Shown piece by piece: positions 1-13,746 of a stretch of DNA of 64,000 bases; the stretch's first letter is position 1, and every line of letters starts with the position of its first letter. Below the pieces are notes generated by a model. That model was not told the DNA's origin. It saw only the letters and a list, made by a program, of their open reading frames with translations, and did not search any database. The stretch is from positions 7,254,001 through 7,318,000 of the forward strand of contig OZ176051.1 of NCBI GenBank assembly GCA_964247055.1. Reading direction: 5' to 3'. A program made the translations under genes and the position numbers. This stretch comes from Paragordius varius. Lineage: Eukaryota > Animalia > Nematomorpha.

Positions 1-774
1 AACAAATATTTATTCATACATTATTATTATTTAATAAATTAATATTGTAATTTCATAATAATAAAAAGAAACCTTATATTAATAGTTTTCGATACATAAA
101 AATATTTGTATCCAGTTTTTATTTGTCATAAAAAAATATATTTTGAAGTCCTGAAAATTTTTATTGGGCAAACATTTTTTCCCGAAACTTCGTTTATTTT
201 AAATTTAACACGCATATAATATCAAGAATTTTCAATTTAATTTCATATTTTAGGGTAATTATATAGTTTTACATTTTTTAATTATTTGCGAAGAAATTAT
301 GTGAGATGTACTTAATTCATTTTTTAATAGAATCCCTGATGTGATCCTATAATAATTCGCTATAAATTTCTAAATAAAAGTATGTATGAAATTTTTTTAC
401 TAAACAAATCCACGATAATAATCATAAAATGATAATCGAAATATATATAATTAATTATTCATATAATCAATATTTTAGCAAAAAAAATAAAATAATTACC
501 ATATTTTTTTACTATATAGTACTAAAGTTGTTTTGTTTCTAAGAGACAACTAACTATCAAATGAATCCCGATCATATAGAAATACGATTCCTACTAAATA
601 TTAGAAACATCCATGTCGCGATATACGTATAAAGCCTTACAAAACTACAATTTTTTGTTTATTATGAATTTTTCAACAAGATCTTACACATATATGAATT
701 ATATCAACCTGATGGATAATATATTATTTTTAAACCGAATGTCAAAATTTTGATTCTGAAAAGATTTGAACCAA

Positions 775-3682
775 ATGAAGTGCCTAGAAAGCTATGAGAT
801 TTTTGGAATCGTATTTGGATCTGTCCTGGGCACGGCGTTTGTAACATTACTTATCACAACAGTGGTGCTATTGAATCGATGGAAATATCAGAATAAACTG
901 AAAGGTAAGCCAGATTTTTTGCATGTTTCTATCAGACTTTTATTGTATAATATTTATGTAGTATGGAGTGATAAATTTAATTACACTGTTTATCCAAAAA
1001 TATTGGCCTCGATTTAACATTAAACTCGAAATTTTTAAAATTAAAAGTTTTAGATATAGTCCCATGTATTTTATATCATTCGAAAGAGCGTAAAAAACTG
1101 AATCTTTCTAGTGGTATTTAGTTATTTAAATCAGTCTATTATAAAAATTTAGCTTTATATGGTCAAAATTTTTAACCTTTAAATGAGTCATAATATTTTA
1201 TTGACACACTAATTTAAATTGATATAAAATTTAAAAATATCTAAGAAAAGATTTTGGTTTGCTTTTTTATTATTTTACATAGTGAATACTATAATGCATG
1301 GTTATAACTGTAAATTTATTACATAATGCCTATAAACGATCAAGAATATCTTAAACTATATTTCTAGTCTTTATTTGAAATCATAAGCCTTTAAAAGCAA
1401 ATAATTAAAATTGATATGATAGTTTTTAGATAACAAAAAAATAAAAATGGCTGTTTTGAATGACATAAAAGCAATAATTAAGTTGAATCAAAAAAACTTT
1501 CATTGCCATATACACAAAGTTTTAGCTATTTTCATCCATTAGTTTCAAAATATATTCATTACAAATACGCCCTCGCTTCGCGGGTTTGTTGCTTCCTAAC
1601 TCTAATATTAACTAACAATGTAAACGTATACTATGCATTTTATAGAGTATTAATTATGCTTTCATATGATATATAACAAATGGGCATTTGTTGTATATAT
1701 CCAAAGAAAAGCATTCCAAAATTTTGATAAAGAAGGCGCATAATCTTAAAAAATCAAATTATACAAAATTCTTGGGTGTTATAATTATTATTTCTAAAGG
1801 ATAATAAATTTCAGAAAATGCAATAAAAAACTTTAAGGGCAGAAAAATTTCTCTAATTTTATAATATTGGTTCCTTTTGTTTTTTTTTTTTGTATTCTAG
1901 ATAGAACAGGAAGGGCCAATTTTGGTTACCATGATTATAAAAACAGCACCTTAAGAATGGATTCCAATTTTTGTGATGTGGATCATGGTAACATATAACA
2001 TATATATATTTCATTTATCTTACAATGAAAGTTTATAAATATTTGAATAAATGTTTCATAATAACAGTACAAAAAGTCTTATTTACCCCCAATTTTATCA
2101 GGTTGGCATTTATCAAGGAAAATATTGTATTTTCTTTATTATCCAATCTCTTAGAACAGTGTTGGATCTAAAAATAATTTTTATAATGACAATAAATTGT
2201 AAGATTTCGCCTGTCCCATACATATTTTAGTGTTGCAATATGTGAATGATTTTTCTTTTTGCCAATTACAGATTTGGAAAATGGGGATCAAACACAACAA
2301 GTAAAAAAATTATTTTCGTTAAACTAATATTTTTACCTTTTTATTGATAAAGATTAAATTTTCATTTTCCAAACATACTATAATAAATTACCAATGGTTA
2401 TTTTATTCCATATGGAATTGTAAAAATTTACTTTTTCAAACATATCTAGGGAGATGACATCCAACTTCCGAATGAAACATCGAATAAATTAAAACGGTTA
2501 TCAAAGGCATCCATATCTTTCACGAATGCATCCAAAAAATTTTGGCCTACGGAACCAAATAAAGTGAGTAAAAATTATTAGAATCAAAATTTACAAAATA
2601 TTTTATTTACATAGTTAAATTTTTTATTTTGTAACACATTTTTATATTTTTTATAGGTAAATAAAATAATTCGGGTATCGCTAAAAAGTCAAGATATAAC
2701 CGGTTTGGGTTTTAACATTTGTGGGAACGTTAAAGAAGGGATCTACATCAAAGAGGTCCTTAATAGAGGTCCTGCCAAAGAGAGCGGGAATGTAAATGCA
2801 GGTTACACTTTATATAATTAGGAATTTATTTTAACAACAAATGATTAATTTTTTTAACACTTGTTTTAATTGCGCACTAAAAGGGGATAAGATTTTGTCA
2901 TTGACCATATACTTCAACAAGATGATGTATGAAGACGCCTTAACCATACTAAGTTATGCGTCGCCCTATGAGATATCTATGGAGTTGTTAAAAGAAAACA
3001 CCACATATCAGGAAACAGAGATTTTACCGCTTAAAAATGGTGGTAGAGATATAGCAACAAGTTTATGGCCTTCAAATATTGTTCATGCCAGGTCAAATTC
3101 TCATGATGGTACACAGTATTCCTCGTCAATGGCTAATTCCATTCAGCTAAACCCTTTTATCACATCACATGCTAATGGGTTAAATACTTCATCCTACAAG
3201 AAAATAAATACTCAATTTGCTGGTCATCCATATCAGGGGGAAGATCAAAATGATGCCATACGGTTAAACTATGACATTTTGCTTCCTTTTGATTTGGAAA
3301 GCACAACGGGGCAAAACAATCCCGGATTTGGCAGGTAAGACTCAATATATCATTTACACCCTTGAACAATTTAAATTTACTTAATTTCGAATTGACCCTA
3401 AATATAAATTATGTGTTTTCGGGTTAATATAACTCTCCATTATCATGAATCCCTCTTTAACATTGTTTATTATTTTTTCAGTATTATATTAATAAACGAA
3501 ATTATATTTTTTAAAAATATAAAAAAATATAAATAATTTATAATATTCAACTACGCATAATTTATTTTGCGAGGGTGAATTTGAAGTGGAAATGGTATAT
3601 ATAACTTGTATAACATGCATAATTTTGTATAATTTATCATAATATTTATTTAGTAACCTATAATATTTGTTTTTTTACAGCT

Positions 3683-3719
<37 letters not shown>

Positions 3720-6643
3720 TTAGTCATGAGATACCCACTAAACTATACCGGGCGAGCATGATCAGTGATTTGAGAAATTTGGGAGATACCAATTCTAATA
3801 CTTCTCACACAAAATATCCGCAGTTAAACATGGAAGAACCTGTTATAAAAGCCACACCAATTAATCTTAAAGCAGCTCTTACTGAATTTATAAAATGGCT
3901 CAAAATTAATAAGAATATTGATTTGTCAACCGTTAACAATAAATGTTTCATACAGAATGATGTGCAATCAAATCCTTGCTTACTGCCCACAAACTTGCAA
4001 ATTATGACTAGCGAAGTAGAAAAGAAATCCGATATGCTTGAAAATCCAGTAAAATATGATACCAATGGTAAAAAAATTCATAAAAATTCAACATCAGCCG
4101 TTTTACATAAAATACGACAATCTGGTTGGCAAACTGCGTTATTGAAAGCACCTACAACCGAAAATATACCGTACGATGTTATTAACAAAGAAATTAATTT
4201 CAACCCTACACACCAGGTCAATAAGGTTGATCGGAAAAAGAGATTCGCTTCTCTCTCTGACATTTTGGAGCAAAGAGTTGTCGGGGTCAAGACTCATTTT
4301 AAAAAACGGTTAAGTAATTTCGAATTACAAACGCTCAAGCATCCCTTATCAAAATTCTTTTCATCGTATGGCCATGTTCCACATAGTATTGATGTAGATA
4401 CCTTGAAACCTTCCAAGTATTATAGCACAAACGATATCAATCAGCCATTTAGGCGAAATCATATTGCACCTGTCAATAATAAAGAGCAGAATGGTCGTAA
4501 TTTAGAGAGATCATTTGATTTTTTGGCACACATAGATGTAAGCAGCCATAATAAAGTGTCTAAAGCTAATTCTTTTGCGGTACATGAAGAACAATCCTTG
4601 ACGGATAGTATTAAACGGGCTAAATATTTACACAGATATTCCAACATCTTGGATTATATTGATAGGGAAACTATGTGTTTTGCAAACAATGAATTCCCAA
4701 AATGTCTCGATTATAAGATTAAAACAAACGATAAAAATAAAATGGATTTTTGTGGAACAACGAAGGAAAAAGTTATCGATAAGAATGGAAAGTCAAGCTT
4801 CTCTATCAAAAAGTAAAAAGATTGATTATATTAAGAATTTATATATATGCAATATTTTAATGGACTAAAATACCCAGAAAAAACCGAAATTTTATAACAT
4901 TTATTAATTTGTCAATCCATTTATATTGAAATAATATTTGATAATTTGATTATATATACAACTTTTAGCGACACGCAAAAGAAAGGTTCTAACCAACAAA
5001 ATTGCATTAACGTTAACAATGATGACACCAAATCTGTACATTCTTTCTTGGATGAAACTCTTCAAAGTTTTGATCGTTTATGGGCAGCCAAAAATGGCTT
5101 AAAGCGTAATGCGTCCATGTCTAGTTTACCCCAAAACTCTAACAAAACTGAGAAAGAAGTAATTTAAGAAAATACAAATTTAAATTTATTTTTATAATTA
5201 TTATACAACGATGGTCAATCCGATAGTGATCAATTTTAATTTTTAACAACTAAGTATTTATTTTTGTTTTAGCCACAAACAAATGGTTCAATTAATACGA
5301 TGCCCAACAATACTCCAGTAAACTTGGAAAACGCAAATAAAACTTTAATTAATACACCTAATATAAGTTCGGAAGAAAATAGCACCTCCAACTTTTACTT
5401 CAATGAAACGCCTGCCTGCAAAACTCAGGGACAACTTAAGCCATGGTTTCTAGTTAACAAACAAAACAACAAATCTTCGGAGCCAAAACCGTATCATGCC
5501 AACTATTTTTACGATTACATTGGTAATATGTTTCCATCTGCTGCTGAAAAGGATTCCAAACCTAAAAAATCTGGAGATTTACCAGACGTCGTATTAGACA
5601 CCTCCACTGATATGAGTATAAAAGAAGTTAAAAATGACAACAAAATGCACCCGGTGAAAACAAAGTCTAAACAAATTGGTGCGATCAACCATAGGTCTCA
5701 CGTCCCAAATCTCACACATGATAAAGACCTTAATTCATCAATTTATCTTTCCTCAAATGTTTCAACTTTAAGTGATTTGTTGGAACGTAGGCTAGATGTC
5801 CCATTGACTAATCTCAATTATCTCGACAATAAAAATAAAATTAAACCCTTTACGTCATTGCATAAAAATTTGGGTTCCAAAATATCAAAACATTTATACC
5901 CGGAGGGGGACATGAATCGAAATCAATACTTATTGGTTCAAGGAGAATATAAACCAAAGGAATTGATAAATGATCATGTTAAAGAGTTTCATAATACCTA
6001 TCATACTAAGCATTGGAGTGAAACATCACCACATAATTGTCGATTAAATGAACCAAACAATGTAATTATCCCAAAAAATGATATTCATTTAAAAAATGTT
6101 TGTTTACAAAACAAAACTACAAGCGTTAAAGCATCCGCTGTGCAAAACGAATACATAAAAAAGCCGAATAAACCCAGGAAAATTAATACTAATATTCTGT
6201 ATCATCCATCCCATCATGATTTTACCGTGCGCAATTCTTCACGCTTGGCGAGTCAAAGAAAGGCATCGTTTAAAGATATTAGAAAACCTAAAATATCAAA
6301 AGCAATTCAACATCCTCAGGCACACAAAAAAATTAGCAATAAAGTGGAAAACGCTAACGCTCATAACATATATATGGAAAAGGGTGGCTTTGCTGATAAT
6401 AGTAAATCTACTACTAAGCGACGTCGTAAAAATGTTGAGAATATATATTTTGAAAATGATAAATTGTTAGGAGATAAACATGGTGCCCCTTTGTACTCAT
6501 ATATTGAAGGCGTCCCTGATTATGATCCCTTGCCTAACAATTCAAATTCCTACCAACTCAAAAACAATTCTTTTGATATTATATCACCATCATCAATCAA
6601 ACCTTCAAAAACACGCTACAAAATTGATAACTATATTAACTGA
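775..6643 (+). CDS. Single-pass membrane protein with AHNAK/periaxin-type PDZ domain and long low-complexity tail (~1200 aa, 9 exons)
   Basis: Exons joined in frame through GT-AG sites: 775-904, 1901-1987, 2272-2300, 2450-2563, 2657-2801, 2884-3334, 3724-4812, 4969-5158, 5273-6643 (3606 nt). Exon 1 has a TM helix (IFGIVFGSVLGTAFVTLLITTVVLL). Exons 5-6 give the PDZ (ITGLGFNICGNVKEGIYIKEVLNRGPAKESGNVNAGDKILSLTIYFNKMMYEDALTILSYASPY). AATAAA at 6691. An AG at 762-763 means a further upstream exon is possible. Confidence 0.8.
3345..3602. mobile_element. MITE family A, copy 1 (intron 6 of PDZ gene)
   Basis: Termini ATATATCATTTACAC...GAGGGTGAATTTGAAGTGGAAATGGTATAT; internal AAATTATGTGTTTTCGGGTTAATATAACTC shared with the other copies. 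Confidence 0.75.
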
Positions 6644-8429
6644 ATTAATCTCTCTATTGAATGTATTGAAACAATGGCAATCAGATATGCAATAAATTAT
6701 TTAAACCTTTATGTTTTAAAAGAACACAGTATAGGTGTGGGTATCTTATCCCATAGGCTTAGATTTTCCTTAAAATATGATACAAAAAGTATTTGACTAA
6801 AAAAGAAGTTAACATTATATTTATTTATTTAATAAAAAGTTTTAATCTTTAAAAGTGTATACAATTTGGACAAACAGCTGATTCCGAAAATATATAATTA
6901 CCGAATATTTGCTGCAAACATGTTTTATACGACAGTAGCGATCTAGATCTAGTAAAATATTTGGCGGCAAAATGTTTGCGATGGATATTTTTTCTTAAGT
7001 TTAATTATTTTAAAAATATGCACGCAAAAGAGAGAATGGATGTTTTTAAAATCGGATAAATATTATGGTTGTTTTTAAAATAGTTTAATTTTTCTGTAAT
7101 ATTACTTTAAAATGTATTGAATCGTTCAAATAAATGCTTTAAATACTTCTTTACCTTTGTGATATTCCATTCAGAGCACAAATATAGGGCCATGAATTCT
7201 ATGGCCTATTAGGTATATTTTCTAAAAAAGATATTCTTACAAAATTCATAATAATTTCTTAGTTAGGCGCAACTAACGGGTAAATTATTATATAAAAGTT
7301 ACCATAAAAGTATAATATTTAGACAGCAAAGTTTGGATACTTTGTTACTTTTATAGCATCTATTTTTGAACTCTCTAAATTTAGGCTCTAGAGATTACAA
7401 AACATTTTATCTGAGTACAATATGGCATCGTGGGATATAAAAAATATTCTGTTGATATATATTCTGATAGAAAAATGTACCGATTGCGCACACTTGGTTT
7501 AGAGCTAGATGCTTCATTTCAAAACATATCAATGAAATATATCGTAAACGACATATACTAAAATTAAAAGAATATTTTTATAAAATTCAAATTTTAATGG
7601 TGGGCTACGAAAGTTTCAATGGGCTAGCTCCCTTAAAATAAACCTAAGAATCCCGAGATTGCGCAATAAAAATAAATATATACTAAAGTTTGACATCAAA
7701 ATTTTTTTTGAAATAACAGATATTATATTAAAAAATTTATTTAAAAAAATTTGTTTAAGCGTAATTCATATTTTAAGGCATGATGGAAGTGCCATAAAAA
7801 CGCTTTAATATTTTATAAAAACACTTCTTGTATTATACGATGATGCCAGTTTAATTTAAAGGTTCGTTTGCTTTTAAATTTGGGTGAATTTTCGTAAAAA
7901 TAACAAAAGTTTAAAAACAAACGAATATTTTATTCAAAATTCTGAGGTGTTACAAATGTTCAGTACCATCGAATTATGGAATTTTGTTTTTATAACATAC
8001 TAGCTGGCCCTGTCACGCTTCGCTGCGACGTAGTATCACCGATAATTCTTCTTAATAACTTGCGATAAATAGAGGTAATGGATATAAAAAATAATAATAA
8101 TATAAAGTCTTTAAGTATTCTTTTACGGGTTTTTGCATAGGCTTAATATTCGGAATTGACCATATTTAAACTGTACCTTATGAAAGTTAATAATCAACTA
8201 TCATTGGATTTAATTTAAGATTTTCGTTTTACTAAATTATGGTTAAAATTTTATTTTGAAATTGTGTTCACACTGCTGGGATCAAGGGATATAAAAAGTA
8301 ACTCACTTTTGGTCCCTTTTAAAGGAAAGAATATACAAATTTGCCATAAATGTATTTACTGAACTCGTTTGGTGACTCAGTTTTAAAAGGGTTGACCCCT
8401 ACCCATAAGCCTATATGGAAAAAGCGCTG

Positions 8430-9630
8430 AATTTAATTCTTTACCTTTATAGGGCAAATATTTGGAATCATCTATGATACCATCGCCTCATGGGTTATTC
8501 CAAAAAATACCTCAACAGTAAATAATCGTTATATGATGGCGTATTTTTAGGGCATAAAGACCCAAATTAACCTGATTAAAAAACGCCTGAACTTTTTTAT
8601 CTAGTTACGGGTAATATTTCAAGCTTTTAATGCACTCATATGGCTTCATAAATTGTCTGTAAATTGGCTCCAAAACAACGCAATTTCTATATAGTGACGC
8701 AGTTTTTCGGGTAGTCTTTTACCCAGGGGCAGGTATAAAAAAAGTATTAAGCAAACTTATGCCTTTATATGGGGAATATCTGGAATTATCATGGATTCCA
8801 TATGTTCCTATTAGACACATAGGTTTTCTGAAATTTGGCTCCAAAGGCATGCTGTATCGATATGGTGTCGCAGTTTTATGCGGGTAACCCCCTAATCAGG
8901 GGCGAAACAAAAAACGCTCGATTAAAATTTTTGCCTTAAACCGGGTAATACCTGGAATCATGACTGATTCCATATGCTCTAGTGGGATTTTCGAAAAATT
9001 GCCTTAAAACCAAAAAGTCATTCTATGGAGGCGCATTTTTCAGGGCAAGAGCCTAATTAAGGGGTAATTTAATAAAACCGCTCTACTTAAATTTTTACCT
9101 TTTTACGGATAATATTTCAAGCCCTTATTAAACTCATATGGCCTGATAAATTTTAATTTGGCTCCAAAGTCACTCTGTATCGATATTGTGGCGCAGCTGT
9201 TGGCGGGTAGCCGCCTACCCAGAGGTCAATATAAAAAAGACGTTCAAAAAAATTTTGCCCTATAGGGGAATGCCTGGAATTATCATTCATTGCATATGTT
9301 CTTAATAGTTTTTGGAAGAATGGCTTTAAAACTAAATAATAATTCAATGATAGCGCATTTTTTTGGGCGTAAAGGGCCTATTTAACGGCTAATTTAAAAA
9401 AACCGCACAATCTAAATTTTGCCTTGTCGGGTAATATTTTAAGCAGCTATTAAACTCATATGGCCTGATATGTTGTCTTAAATTTGCCTCAAAGGCACGG
9501 TTTTTCGATATGATGGGTCAGTTTTTAGCGGGTATCTCCTTACCCAGCAGCCATAATCAAAGAAACGCTTGGCTAAAATTTTTGCGTTTTAACAGAGAAT
9601 ACCTGGAATCCTTATTGAATTTTTACGGTC
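8430..9630. repeat. Degenerate tandem array, ~163-bp period, 7-8 units
   Basis: AAATT(T)GGCTCCAAA-like anchors recur at ~8662, 8832, 8997, 9155, 9320, 9481; GGAATATCTGGAAT or GGGTAATATTTCAAGC anchors recur at ~8455, 8607, 8770, 8942, 9108, 9263, 9430, 9594. Confidence 0.75.
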
Positions 9631-9639
9631 TCATACTTT

Positions 9640-10035
9640 GGGCGAAAAATAGATTCAAAAAATTATTTTTGTGAACTTTGTTTTTTGAAAAAATGGCATT
9701 TTACGGGGGGAGCGGGTAAAAAGAGGGCCTAAATTAAAAAAGCTAGCCGACTATGTTCGGCACAATCGATAATAAGTAAAAAAATATATTTGAAAACGAA
9801 TGGTCCAACACATTTTCCGGAAAATTGTCTCAAAGACACGATTTTTGTGGACTTGTGTTCTCAAAAAACCCGTTTTTTACACGGGGTGGGCCCGAACTGG
9901 GGGCCTAATTCAAAAAAGGGCGAAGCTATAGTCGCGGCAGTCATTAATGATTATATTTTTTCGATATTTGGATTTGAATGCGTCTACCGGTTTTCCGGAA
10001 ACAGTTCACAAAGCCAGCATTTTCCATTTTTATGA
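9640..10035 (+). repeat. Dispersed repeat family B, copy 1 (~400 bp)
   Basis: Close to co-linear with 28695-29100 (GGCATTTTACGGGGGGAGCGGGTAAAAAGAGGGCCTAAATT...ACACGGGGTGGGCCCGAACTGGGGGCCTAATTCAAAAAA). Track ORFs 9790 and 28863 are its paired translations. Confidence 0.85.
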
Positions 10036-13000
10036 ATATATAGATTAAAGGGTTCCGTTCCATTATTCCTCAAATTAGTATGAAGTACGCCTCAAATAAA
10101 TTTTGCTATAAATTATTTTTAGTAAACTACCATTTTTCAGAAAAAAACTTTTTTCGATGTCAAAATTTAGCATATATTAAATAAATTTATCGCAAAATTT
10201 CGGTATTTTGCGTTTATCTTTAACGGAATTAACCCATGGCGAAAAAATTGGACTTACGAATCTGACATCTAGAATCAGAAATTTAAAATACTGTTTTCTT
10301 TTTATATGTAGTCTAACACATATTTTAGTGTTTTTTGTAAAGCATTTAGGCTTCACCCGAAAAATTTAATTAAAATATGGCCCAAATTTTGCCATTTTTA
10401 TGGAGCAGTTGCGACATATAACTTTATCATTCGTAAGGGTAAAACAAAGCGCACCCTAATAATTCTTATACTTCCTATAATTATATATATATCCACCAAA
10501 TTTTGAATGTAAAACATTTAAATTAAAATTCGGTTCAGATTAAATTAAGAAAAAGTATTTTTATAATATTTCAAACTGTTTTTATACTGTTTCCATCATG
10601 TAAAAACAACATGAAGCCCCCTTCAGCAAAATTTTGCCAAAAATAGCATTTTCCCAACAGTATGCATATTTTAAATATTTTTTTAATGTCAAAATTTAGC
10701 ATGTATTCAAAAAAAATTTGCGAAATCCCGGCATTTTTACCTTGTTTTTTAAAGCACTAGCCCGTTTATGAAGAACAAAAATTGGGACTTTCGGAGCCTA
10801 GATCTATAAATTAAAATACTATATATGTTTTGCTTTTTATAGTTTATGACATATTTTAGTGATATTTTTCGAAAAAAAACATTTAGCATAATGTGACCAT
10901 ATATTTTGAACTTTGACGCAGTACTTTACATGTTATTAACCATCGGTGTAGTCGTATATCACACAGTTTCCACAAAAAAATACCCAGATCAAATATATAT
11001 ATTCTGATAGGAAAATATCAGGATTTATGATGGTCTTGGTTCTAACCTTTACGAGTTATTAAAGAAAGTTAATTACACTTTTGTGGTAAGTGCTCCGCAT
11101 AAAAGTGCAAAGGGCGCAATTTCAATGCTTTATTACAAAAAATATCACTAAAATATATAAACTACATTAAAAAGCAAAACAATATTTTTAAAAAATTTTA
11201 AATTTTTAGATGTGGGCTCTGAAAGTCCCAAATTTTTTGGCTCTTTTAAAATGGACTGTAAAATAAACACAAAATTTCCGACATTGTGCAATAATTTATA
11301 TATACTTAGTTTTGATATCAATTAAATATATTTTAAAAAAATGTATGCTTTTAAAAATTTAATTTTTAGCAAAATTTTGTTGAAGCATACTCATATTATT
11401 TTCAGCATGATGGAAACGATATAAACGGTTGAGATGTTATAAAACTTTTATATATATATATATATATATAATTAGATAATGCTAAATATTTTTCTCACTC
11501 AGAATTTTGATTAAAATATTCGTTCGATTTGAAATTTATGTTAAATAAAATTGTAATTTTTACAAAATTCACCAAAATTTGCAAGAAACAAACCTTTGAA
11601 TTAAAATTCTTAACCTATAGTAATGTGTAACATCATTGTATTTAGAAAAAGGGTTTTATTATATCTTAAAGCGTTATACCGTTTTCATCATGATTCAAAA
11701 TAGTTTGTAGTACGCTTCAACTAAATATCTCAAATTTGTTTGTGCAAAAAAATAAGAAAACTAATAAAAATTAAAGTTTAAAAAAAATTAAAAAATAATA
11801 TACCTCCCGCCTAATGAGTATAGAAAACGTAAAAAACTCTTAATTTTTTATTGCGAAAAATATTTCGAAATCATTGCCAAATATATAATAAATTCTAAAT
11901 AATACTTTACGGTAATAACAATTTTTACAATTTTCCGTACAATAATTATAACAAAAAATGAACTTTCTAAACCTGGTCAAACATTTATTAAAATATCATA
12001 AATTAATTTTATATATTTTAAATTTTGAGGCACTTCTTTTTGCGGAAGCCCTGAGTGAAAGAGCCATTAGCCTAAATCTTACGGTAAGAGCCATTAGCCT
12101 AAATCTAACGGTGTGAAGTCCGAGCTTATAGTTTCGCCACTGCGCGAAAAGCTGAAATCCCTTTTATGTATAATTCGAGCAGAAAATAAAATATCAACCA
12201 ATTAAAAATAGGCTAATCTTAGTTTTTTACCGCAAATTTTTTGCAACTTATGGGGTTATTTTTACAGAGGGTATTATATTAAATTCTAAAATAATTTTTT
12301 TAAAAAACAAAAGGTAATTAAATTATATTTAAAAAAAATTATTTTTTTTTAATTTTAAAAAGCAGTACAAAAGTGGGCGCAGTACAGTCGCAGTTTTTTT
12401 CTGAAAACCCAGTACTGTACTGCCAAAAACAGCCTATCTGGTCACATTAATTTAGCATCATTTTTTTTATTATAGATGTGGTCCTATTTCTCCATTTTCT
12501 GATATGCAGCCTCGTAAAGGCCCAAAACAAAAACACCATAATAAACCTGATACTATTTCTATCATATAAATATATTTTATCAAGATATTTTTCACAGTGC
12601 AAACCTTTGCGATGGCTTCAATTCATTCCATATTTTTTGAAGTATTTATTCTTAAACATGTTTGGGGTAACCAACGACCTCAATTTAAATCGATGTGAAA
12701 TGTGTTATATCCAATAGTAAAAAATTCAAAGAAAAAATATGGCAGCGGATTGAGATGAGGATTTTTTACAATTTTACATTTTAAAAATGTATAATGTCTA
12801 GAGTAAGTGTATTTTTGAATTTGGCTTATAAAGACTTTTTTAGATAGTCAAGTTTAAAATTGCTCTGGGAAAAACTACCTGGAAAAGGACATGGAGTAGC
12901 AATTATCCAATATTGAAATATTGATTGACTATTTTCAATGCAAAACTGTTAATAATAAAATTTAATATTATTGCAAGTTTTTTGATATTAAATCGTCGGG

Positions 13001-13115
13001 ATACACCCAAATATATACATAAAAAATCAGAAAATAAAATAAAAATATTTTTATTTAACATACGTTTTAACACTTTTTCGAAAGTTTATATTGTTGATTC
13101 TTAAAAATCAAGCAA

Positions 13116-13145
13116 TTTCTAGAATGTTCTTTGTATTTATATAAA
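13116..13145 (+). promoter_or_regulatory. Heat-shock element plus TATA box of the small HSP gene
   Basis: tTTCtaGAAtgTTCt at 13116-13130 is three alternating nGAAn units; TATATAAA at 13138-13145, about 50 bp before the ATG at 13197. Confidence 0.85.
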
Positions 13146-13196
13146 TAAATAATTTTATCATCAATAATATCTTTGTCAATTTATTTAACACTAACA

Positions 13197-13724
13197 ATGT
13201 CTTTACTGTCTTTTACTGTTCCACAACATTCTCTTTTCGATCCCTTGGATTATGATTTATCCTTAATTGATTCATTCCCTAGACAATTGGCCCATAACCT
13301 CTTATCATCTGGCGGAGATCGTGCTATTGAATCCGATGAACGAAAATTTAAAGTTAATTTGGATTGTCACCATTTCAAACCCGAGGAATTAAGCATTAAG
13401 CTTCAAGATAACAAGTACTACAATTTTTTAAACAGTACATTTAATATTTTTTACAATATACATTGATTAAAAATTTTATTTGAAATAAATAGAGTTACAA
13501 TTCATGGTAAACACGAGGAAAAACAGGATCAACATGGTTACATTAAGCGCGAATTTACAAGAACTTATGTTTTACCTGATAATTGCGATTTGGATGCACT
13601 CAAATCAAACATTTCCAAACAAGGAGTTTTGACATTAGAATGCCCAAGAAATGTGACACCATTGGAGAATAATGTTCGAAACATCCCGATTGAAAGATCA
13701 AACAACACAAAATCTATCAAATAA
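13197..13724 (+). CDS. Small heat-shock protein (HSP20/alpha-crystallin family), 2 exons
   Basis: Exons 13197-13414 and 13493-13724. Joined product has KFKVNLDCHHFKPEELSIKLQDNKVTIHGKHEEKQDQHGYIKREFTRTYVLPDNCDLDALKSNISKQGVLTLECPR and the C-terminal IPI (IXI) motif. Confidence 0.95.
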
Positions 13725-13746
13725 TGTATTGATATATGTGAAATAT

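Larger units (their letters stand above)
7400..11800. repeat. Mosaic of old, nested non-autonomous DNA-transposon fragments
   Basis: Degenerate direct and inverted copies: ATGTCAAAATTTAGCAT block at ~10157 and ~10686 with an inverted partner near 11150-11290; CATCATG/CATGATGG block at ~7778, ~10595, ~11407, ~11686; ATATATATTCTGATAG at ~7456 and ~10993. No coding potential. Confidence 0.5.

Noticed and set aside
3335-3723. Idea that long introns are simply tiny introns plus one MITE
   Set aside because: Subtracting the MITE leaves ~130 nt here and ~370 nt in the 42100-42839 intron, so single insertions do not explain the size classes.
9790-10035. ORF similar to the 28863 ORF, suggesting a small gene family
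   Set aside because: Both lie in dispersed repeat B, their frames differ, and neither has a recognisable domain.
12059-12112. 27-bp tandem duplication; also a 36-bp duplication at 57681-57751
   Set aside because: Real but ordinary two-copy slippage products with no further structure.
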